Assembly (NCBI GenBank): GCA_964291415.2
Contig: OZ219917.1
Location: 800,001-864,000 of the forward strand
Direction: 5' to 3'
Source: Alphaproteobacteria bacterium
Lineage (GTDB): Bacteria > Pseudomonadota > Alphaproteobacteria > SP197
DNA: 64,000 bases
Every line of letters starts with the position of its first letter. Within the stretch, counting starts at the first letter, position 1. The position numbers were made by a program, and so were the translations under genes. Positions 57,973-64,000 of this stretch are shown here, one piece after another. The notes under the pieces are model-generated. The model did not search any database. It was given only the letters and a program-made list of their open reading frames with translations, and was not told the origin of the DNA.

Positions 57973-58915
57973 TCCGCTCGCCGTCTTCACCGGCGGCGGC
58001 AGACCATTCATCGAACATGACGGCGCCGATGCGGCCAAGGTCCGCGGCCAGCGCCTCGCCGGGTGGTGCGACGATCATGCCGCGGGCGGCAAGCCGGGAG
58101 AGATACCAGCCGGAGAGCTCTCGCGCACGGGTTGTGCCGGCGGCTTCCGCGAAGTGGGCCGCCGACCTCAGACAGTTTCGCCCCTGGTCGTCGAGACTGT
58201 TGAAAGCATCGCCGTTGACGAAGACGTAGTTACGGGGCACCCACGCGGCGGCATCGTAGAAGTGAGTCATGTGGTCCCACACCCTGTGGTTGTACCCCGT
58301 CTCGGAGGAGGAAACGAAACCCAGGACCGCGCCGCTCGCCAGAACTTCGTCGAGGTCGGCGAGCTCCGTGTGCACCGGCTCCATGCCGGCCAGTTCGACC
58401 AGTCGTGCGGTCGCTTCGTTGTAGGTCCTGAAGGAGATTCCTGCCACGTCCGCCAGGCGTTCGACCGGCTGGCTGAAGTAGAGACCCTGGGGTGGCCATG
58501 GCACGGAGTAGAGGAGCACGAGATTGTCTCTCAGCAGGATCTCCTCAAGTATCGGACGCGCCGCCTGCCACAGCCGCTCCGAGGCATCGAAGGACGTTGC
58601 CAGGAAGGGCACGGAATCGTATGCGAACACCGCGTTGTCGTCGGCCTGGGCGCTGAGCAGCCGTTCGCCTATGGCCACGTCACCGGTCTCGACGGCACGC
58701 TTGATGCCGCCGCCGCCGATCAGCGATCCGCCGGTATGGACCTCGATGGTGAGCCTCCCTGCGGTGCAGACTCTCACCGCCTCGGCAAAGGTCCGGACGA
58801 TCTCCGTCTGGTAGCTGGATTCGTCGTAGGCCGTCGGCATGATCCACGTGTCGTCGGCAAGGGAGCCGGCCATGGTCAGGGCGACGGCAGCAACAGCCAC
58901 CGGAAGGCGCGTCAT
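57947..58915 (-). CDS. dctP: TRAP transporter substrate-binding protein (DctP family)
   Basis: Signal peptide; FAEAV...GRLTIEVH.GGSL, DSVPFLATS, PWPPQGLY, FRTYN. Confidence 0.9.
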   Translation of the reverse strand: MTRLPVAVAAVALTMAGSLADDTWIMPTAYDESSYQTEIVRTFAEAVRVCTAGRLTIEVHTGGSLIGGGGIKRAVETGDVAIGERLLSAQADDNAVFAYDSVPFLATSFDASERLWQAARPILEEILLRDNLVLLYSVPWPPQGLYFSQPVERLADVAGISFRTYNEATARLVELAGMEPVHTELADLDEVLASGAVLGFVSSSETGYNHRVWDHMTHFYDAAAWVPRNYVFVNGDAFNSLDDQGRNCLRSAAHFAEAAGTTRARELSGWYLSRLAARGMIVAPPGEALAADLGRIGAVMFDEWSAAAGEDGERIMEAFAGR

Positions 58916-58973
58916 GTCATGAGGTCCCGTCGCAGGTCGTGCCAGGGATGGTGGGTAGAAGCAGACCGCCTCA

Positions 58974-60656
58974 TCAGGCGATCCACTCGCTCACCGGTGC
59001 TGCACTCTCCTCGAGCGGCTGCGTGACGATATCGAGGAGTGCCGGTCCATCCTGATGCAGCAGATCTTCCAGGGCGCCTTCGAGTTCATGAGACGCCGTC
59101 ACCCGTCGTGCCTTGACGCCGAAGGCCGAGGCGACGGCCGCATGATCCGTCGTCAGGAAGTCGACGCCGAAGTAGCGGCCGTCGAAGGAGGCTTTCTGGC
59201 CAGCCTTGATCCAGCCGAACCCGGCATTGGAGAGAACGATGAAGAGGATCGGCAGGTCGAGGCGCCGGACGGTCTCGAGTTCGCCTGCACTCATGGCGAA
59301 GCTTCCGTCTCCCATCACGGCGACGATCTGTCTTTCGGGCTGGGCGATGGCAGCGCCGATGGCCGCGGCAAGGGCATATCCCAGCGCCCCGTGGGCGCGG
59401 TTGGTGATGATGGAGCGGCCGGGCTGGCGCACCTCGAAGTACGCCGCAACGTAAGGACAGGGCGTTCCGGCATCGGCACATACGATGACATCGTCCGGCA
59501 GGGCCCGCCGCATTTCGGTCATGATCCGCTCGGGCGGGACCGGTGCTCCATCACCCGGGCGCTCGAGGCGGCCTGCCCGGGCTTCCCGCACCGTGCCGGC
59601 GAGGCGGGCGCCGTGGCTGCGGACCGGTCCGTCGACCGCTTGCAGCAACGCCTCCAGGGCAAGGCGGGCATCGCCGTGGAGCGCTGCATCACTGGCATAG
59701 TTGGCGCCGAACACACTGGCGTCGACGTCGAGGTGGATGATCCGGGTTCCGGGACGCGGAAACCGCCAGCGCTCCGTGGTGACCGACCCGGCGCGACAGC
59801 CGATGAAGAGGATGCAGTCCGCCTCGGCCACCGCGGCCCGCGTGGCCGGTATGCCGCCATTGGATCCGACGACGCCCAGTGACAGGGGATGGGTCTCGGC
59901 GAGGCTGCCCTTGCCGCTCACCGTGGTCGCCACCGCCATCCCGGTTCGCTCCGCCAGCGCGCCGAGGGCGTCCATGGCGCCGGAGAGCAGCACCCCGCCG
60001 CCGCAGATCGCCAGGGGCCGCTCGGCGCCGGCGAGGATCCCGGCGGCGCGTTCCGTCTCCTCGGCTGCCGGCGCGCCGGGGCGGTGAGCAAATGGGGCGT
60101 CTGCCCGGATCTCGTCGGGCGGCACCGGCGCCTGCTGGACATCGAAGGGAAGCGACAGGTGGACCGCGCCCGGGCGTCCGCTTGCCGCTTCGCGAAACGC
60201 TCGCCGCACGCTGCGCGGCAGGGCGGCGCCGTCGTCGAGGGTCGCGTTCCACTTGGTGACGGGCCGGAAGAGGGCCTCCTGATCGAGTTCCGTGAGGGTG
60301 AACCGGCCACGAGACGAGCGCGCGACATCGCTTGTGATGGCGACGAGCGGGACCGCGCTCTCCTGGGCTTCGACGATTCCCGGAAGGATATAGGTGGCGC
60401 CGCCGCCTGAAGGCCCTTCGCAGACGCCGACCTGGCCGGTGAGCTTGGCATAAGCGTCGGCCATGTAGGCGGCATGGCGTTCGTCGCGGACGAGAATGTG
60501 CTCAATTCCGCGACCGAGGCGCGCGAGAGCGTCGTAGAAGGGAAGCGAGGTGTCGCCGGCGAGGCCGAAGACGTGCCGAACACCATGGAGCTCGAGCAGG
60601 TGCACCAGCGCCTCGGCGCCGTTGGGCTCGTTGCCTGATCCCGCGATCCCCTGCAT
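58974..60656 (-). CDS. Thiamine-pyrophosphate-binding enzyme (acetolactate synthase-like)
   Basis: FGLAG, RDERHA, GPSGGG, RPGAVH, GDGSF...N. Confidence 0.93.
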   Translation of the reverse strand: MQGIAGSGNEPNGAEALVHLLELHGVRHVFGLAGDTSLPFYDALARLGRGIEHILVRDERHAAYMADAYAKLTGQVGVCEGPSGGGATYILPGIVEAQESAVPLVAITSDVARSSRGRFTLTELDQEALFRPVTKWNATLDDGAALPRSVRRAFREAASGRPGAVHLSLPFDVQQAPVPPDEIRADAPFAHRPGAPAAEETERAAGILAGAERPLAICGGGVLLSGAMDALGALAERTGMAVATTVSGKGSLAETHPLSLGVVGSNGGIPATRAAVAEADCILFIGCRAGSVTTERWRFPRPGTRIIHLDVDASVFGANYASDAALHGDARLALEALLQAVDGPVRSHGARLAGTVREARAGRLERPGDGAPVPPERIMTEMRRALPDDVIVCADAGTPCPYVAAYFEVRQPGRSIITNRAHGALGYALAAAIGAAIAQPERQIVAVMGDGSFAMSAGELETVRRLDLPILFIVLSNAGFGWIKAGQKASFDGRYFGVDFLTTDHAAVASAFGVKARRVTASHELEGALEDLLHQDGPALLDIVTQPLEESAAPVSEWIA

Positions 60657-60708
60657 CCTTGCCACGGTCCCGAAAAATCCGGGAACGTCAAGCGGTGAGA
60701 GAAAGGCC

Positions 60709-61428
60709 ATGATTGTGACAGGGGGCAAGGCCGTCTACGGGGCGGCTCTCGGCATACTCATGCTCGACGCCAGGTTTCCCCGCATTCCGGGCGACATGGG
60801 CCATGCCGGCACCTGGCCCTTTCCGGTGCTCTACCGGGTCGTGCGAGGCGCCTCGCCGGACCGGGTGGTGCGGCACGGCGCCGACGGTCTCTTCGAGGCC
60901 TTTCTCGCGGCAGGACGGGAACTGGTGCGAGACGGGGCGGACGCCATCACCACCAATTGCGGCTTCCTCTGCGTCTTCCAGGAGGGTCTGGCGCGCTATC
61001 TCGACGTTCCCGTCGCCACCTCGTCCCTGATGCAGGTGCCGCTGGTGGCTGCCACCCTGCCGCCGCAAAAGACCGTCGGCATCGTCACCGTCTCGAAGGA
61101 CTCGCTGACCGACGCGCATCTCGCGGCGGCCGGCGTGCCGGAGGGAACGCCGATAGCCGGAGTACCCGCAGACGGCGCCTTCGCCGGAACCCTGCTCGAC
61201 AACCGCCCGCTGCTCGATGTCGAGGCAGCCCGGTCGGAGGTGGTGGAGGCAGCGATGGAACTCAAGCGCACCGTGCCCGGTCTTGGCGCCGTGGTGCTGG
61301 AATGCACGAACATGGATCCCTATGCCGCCGATGTCCGCAAGGCCACCGGCGTGCCGGTCCACTCGATCAGGACCTTCATGCTGTGGTTCCACGGGTCCCT
61401 GGAACCGGTCCGTTTTCCGCCGACATGA
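60709..61428 (+). CDS. Aspartate/glutamate racemase-family protein
   Basis: LGILMLD..FPRIPGD, TTNCGF, TSSL, LECTNM (two Cys). Confidence 0.92.
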   Translation: MIVTGGKAVYGAALGILMLDARFPRIPGDMGHAGTWPFPVLYRVVRGASPDRVVRHGADGLFEAFLAAGRELVRDGADAITTNCGFLCVFQEGLARYLDVPVATSSLMQVPLVAATLPPQKTVGIVTVSKDSLTDAHLAAAGVPEGTPIAGVPADGAFAGTLLDNRPLLDVEAARSEVVEAAMELKRTVPGLGAVVLECTNMDPYAADVRKATGVPVHSIRTFMLWFHGSLEPVRFPPT

Positions 61429-61446
61429 ACTCCCGCGGAGTATTGC

Positions 61447-61680
61447 TGGTATCGTCACCGTCGCGAAGGAATCGTTGACGCCCGTATGACTGGCGTGACG
61501 GCAGGAACAGCCGTCGACCGAGCACACCGGATGGCGACATCAGTGATCCAGGTCAAGGCGGCTACGGAAGCTCAACCTGATCCCCAAAGGAACCGCCCTG
61601 GACGCGAATTGACGAATGCCCGCCCCCACAGAGCCGGAGTACGCGGTCACCGTGACCGCATGCGCGGCAGTCCGGTGGAA
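61447..61680 (+). pseudogene. Decayed tandem copy of the 3' half of the racemase gene
   Basis: GGTATCGTCACCGTCGCGAAGGAATCGTTGAC vs gene GGCATCGTCACCGTCTCGAAGGACTCGCTGAC; then GVTAGT/GVPEGT, VKAATE/VEAAME and ELTNARPHRAGVR/ECTNMDPYAADVR in collinear order. Confidence 0.72.
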
Positions 61681-61777
61681 ACCCAAGGGCCGTGAGGTCT
61701 GGCGACAGCGCGCTTTTCTTTTCCTTCCGGCCGGAGGAACATGGGTGGGGAGCGACAGGCGGCAAGGGACGCAGGCC

Positions 61778-61981
61778 ATGAAAGTGCGGATCGACCGGGA
61801 TCGCTGCGAGGGCCACGGTCGCTGTCATGCGCTGGCGCCCGGACTGTTCGAGTTGGACGACTTCGGCCATGCGACGGCTCTGGCCGACGGCAATGTGACG
61901 CCGGGAATGGAAGACAAGGCGCGGCTCGCCGCGGCCAACTGCCCGGAGTACGCCGTCCGGGTTGTGGAGGATGACGGATGA
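61778..61981 (+). CDS. Ferredoxin (P450-associated, 3Fe-4S type)
   Basis: CEGHGRC...APGLF...CPE. Confidence 0.93.
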   Translation: MKVRIDRDRCEGHGRCHALAPGLFELDDFGHATALADGNVTPGMEDKARLAAANCPEYAVRVVEDDG

Positions 61982-63297
61982 GTGACCGCAAACCCGGCCC
62001 GCACACCGAAGCGGGCGCTGTCGCACCTGTCCGCCCGGTCTCCGATCCGAGGTCCGAACGACCGCCGGTCACGGACTGGCATACCGACTGGGACCATCTG
62101 GATGCGCGCTGGCGCGATGACCCCTTCCCGATCTGGGATGCATTGCGCGATGGACCAATCGCGCGGACCGAACGCTTCGAGGGCGCCTGGCTGCCGACCC
62201 GCTACGAAGACGTCAGGGCCATCGCCCACGATACCGAGCACTTCTCCTCGTGCCGAGCCGTCCTGCGCGACCGCAAGTTCGACGGCCCGCCACTGCCGGC
62301 GCCGCCGATCACCTCCGACCCGCCGGAGCACAAGGCGCACAAGCAGGTGCTGCTCCCCTTCTTCACGCCGCAGGAGGTCGGCAAGCTGGAACCGTTGACG
62401 CGCCGCATGTGCAACGCGCTCATCGACGAATTCATCGCCGCCGGCCGTTGCGATGCCGCCCAGCAGTACGCCCGCCACATCCCGGTGCGGATCATCGCCT
62501 ACATGCTCGGGGTGCCGGTCCGGGACAGCCACCTGTTCATCCGGTGGATTCACGAGATCCTGGAAGTCGGCGCTTCCGATGACGAGCTCAACAGCAGCGC
62601 GACCAAGGCGATGCGCGATTACTTTCGCCACCATATCGCTCTCAGGAAGGAGGGCCGGACGGAGGCCGATCCGGACGGGCCCGTGCCGGACCTCATCCGG
62701 TTGATGATGGACGGCTCCCTGAACGGCGTGCCATTCGAGGAAAGGCACGTGCTGGGGACTCTCACGCTGTTGATGGTCGCCGGAATTGATACGACCTGGA
62801 GCGCAATCGGCGCCTCGATCCTGCATCTCGCAAGGCACCCGGGCGACCGGCGGCGCCTGATCGAGGAGCCGGGGCTGATGCCGACGGCAATCGAGGAACT
62901 GCTGCGCGCCTATTCGCCGGTTACCATGGCGCGCGAGGTCAAGAAGGATGTCGAGCTGGGCGGCTGTCCGATGAAAAAGGGAGAAATGGTGCTGCTGTGC
63001 TTTCCGGCGGCCAATCGCGACCCTGCGATGTTTCCGGACGCTGACAAGGTCGTGCTCGACCGGCAGGAGAACCGTCACGGAGCCTTTGGCCTCGGTATCC
63101 ACCGTTGCGTCGGCTCCCACCTGGCGCGCATGGAATTGCGGGTCGCCATCGAGGAGTGGCTCGAGCGCATCCCGGACTATCGTGTCGCGGGTGACGTGCG
63201 CTGGTCCGTCGGCTCCGTGCGCGGCCCGCGAACCCTGCCCGTGGCGTTCGCACAGGCTCGACCCCGTGATCCAGGCGAGGGAATTGCGGGCGGATGA
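61978..63297 (+). CDS. Cytochrome P450
   Basis: DPPEH, AGIDTT, EELLR, ANRDP, FGLGIHRCVG; ATGA-coupled to the ferredoxin. Confidence 0.97.
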   Translation: MSDRKPGPHTEAGAVAPVRPVSDPRSERPPVTDWHTDWDHLDARWRDDPFPIWDALRDGPIARTERFEGAWLPTRYEDVRAIAHDTEHFSSCRAVLRDRKFDGPPLPAPPITSDPPEHKAHKQVLLPFFTPQEVGKLEPLTRRMCNALIDEFIAAGRCDAAQQYARHIPVRIIAYMLGVPVRDSHLFIRWIHEILEVGASDDELNSSATKAMRDYFRHHIALRKEGRTEADPDGPVPDLIRLMMDGSLNGVPFEERHVLGTLTLLMVAGIDTTWSAIGASILHLARHPGDRRRLIEEPGLMPTAIEELLRAYSPVTMAREVKKDVELGGCPMKKGEMVLLCFPAANRDPAMFPDADKVVLDRQENRHGAFGLGIHRCVGSHLARMELRVAIEEWLERIPDYRVAGDVRWSVGSVRGPRTLPVAFAQARPRDPGEGIAGG

Positions 63298-63584
63298 CGC
63301 CCGCCGATGCAAGGAGAGATTGCACGGGGGAGTACCGGCAACGCAGTCGGCTGCGACCGCCGGCTCATCCTGACCGATGTTGCTTCTTCAGTCCGCCAAC
63401 GCCGTGCCGTCGCCACCGGCAAGGTCGCACTGCCTGTAACGGCTTCGTCCATCCCTGAACCACCAGTCACCTGGCGACAGGGAGCAATCCGATATCGAGC
63501 GGGCGTCGCAGGACGTCACGCGATGCCCGCCGAAGAACGCCGCGATGTCAGCGAGGCATGTGCCCGGGACCGGATGATGACTGG

Positions 63585-64000
63585 TCAGTCGTCCTGGACC
63601 CTTGCCATGAGCAGGCGTCGGGGTTTCTCGAAGACCCGATGGAGCGCAGGCATGAAGGCCTCGAGCGGCATGGTATCGTACTTCGGGTCAAAGGCGATCT
63701 GGTCATAGTCGTCACAGAACTGCCGGCATGCCTCGAAGTGGGGGTGGCCCCGGAGCGAGTCCCGTGCATTCCTGTTTCCACCGAGATGGTGGAAGAAGTG
63801 ATAGCCCTGGAACATCTCGTGGTACTTGACGATCCAGTAGACTTCAGGCCGCACGTAGGGCTTGAGAATGGCGGCGCAGAACTCGCCGTGGTTGTCGGGG
63901 GCGAAGAAATCGCCGATATCGTGAAGCAGGGCGGCGGCGATCAACTCGTCGTCGTCATCGCGTCCGTCGCGCCAGGCGCGGCTGGCGGTCTGCAGGCTGT
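63585..64000 (-). CDS. HD-domain protein, PhnZ-like (5' end outside the window)
   Basis: SLQTASRAWRDG...AALLHDIGD..APDNH...YH..FQ...DQ.AFDP.Y. Confidence 0.85.
   Translation of the reverse strand, partial: SLQTASRAWRDGRDDDDELIAAALLHDIGDFFAPDNHGEFCAAILKPYVRPEVYWIVKYHEMFQGYHFFHHLGGNRNARDSLRGHPHFEACRQFCDDYDQIAFDPKYDTMPLEAFMPALHRVFEKPRRLLMARVQDD

Noticed and set aside
63300-63580. Ghost copy of the P450 3' end or a small gene
   Set aside because: Only a very short weak match; no collinear similarity or coding signal.
1-64000. CRISPR array, rRNA, tRNA or intact IS/prophage
   Set aside because: No regularly spaced short repeats, RNA-gene signatures, full transposase or phage structural genes seen by eye.

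Overview
High-GC bacterial DNA, probably Alphaproteobacteria. This is inferred from the divergent SH3/2-hydroxyacid dehydrogenase pair, the pyk - glycerate kinase - N-formylglutamate amidohydrolase - DUF1244 neighbourhood and the pepF - ABC1 kinase pair. About 55 genes. The left 46 kb is an accessory mosaic: six intact Fe(II)/2OG-type oxygenases, two hydantoinase/oxoprolinase systems (one fused), an N,N-dimethylformamidase-like alpha/beta pair divergent from a peptide-type ABC transporter plus amidase, at least five TA loci, a Fic gene and several decayed TA/IS/integrase fragments. The right part is mostly core-like metabolism ending in ferredoxin-P450 and a partial HD-domain gene. The most striking unannotated structure is three decayed direct-repeat 'ghost' copies of the 3' parts of intact genes (PhyH, PHP hydrolase, Asp/Glu racemase). 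One pair brackets a TA module. Another brackets about 15 kb of cargo and has a probable integrase remnant next to the intact gene, which suggests islands that integrate into the 3' ends of protein-coding genes. Also notable: a densely structured 5' leader ahead of the ABC transporter, a HigA fused to an extra domain, and a zeta-like toxin with an apparent CTG start. No rRNA, tRNA, CRISPR array or reverse transcriptase was seen. All family calls come from motif recognition by eye, not from database searches.
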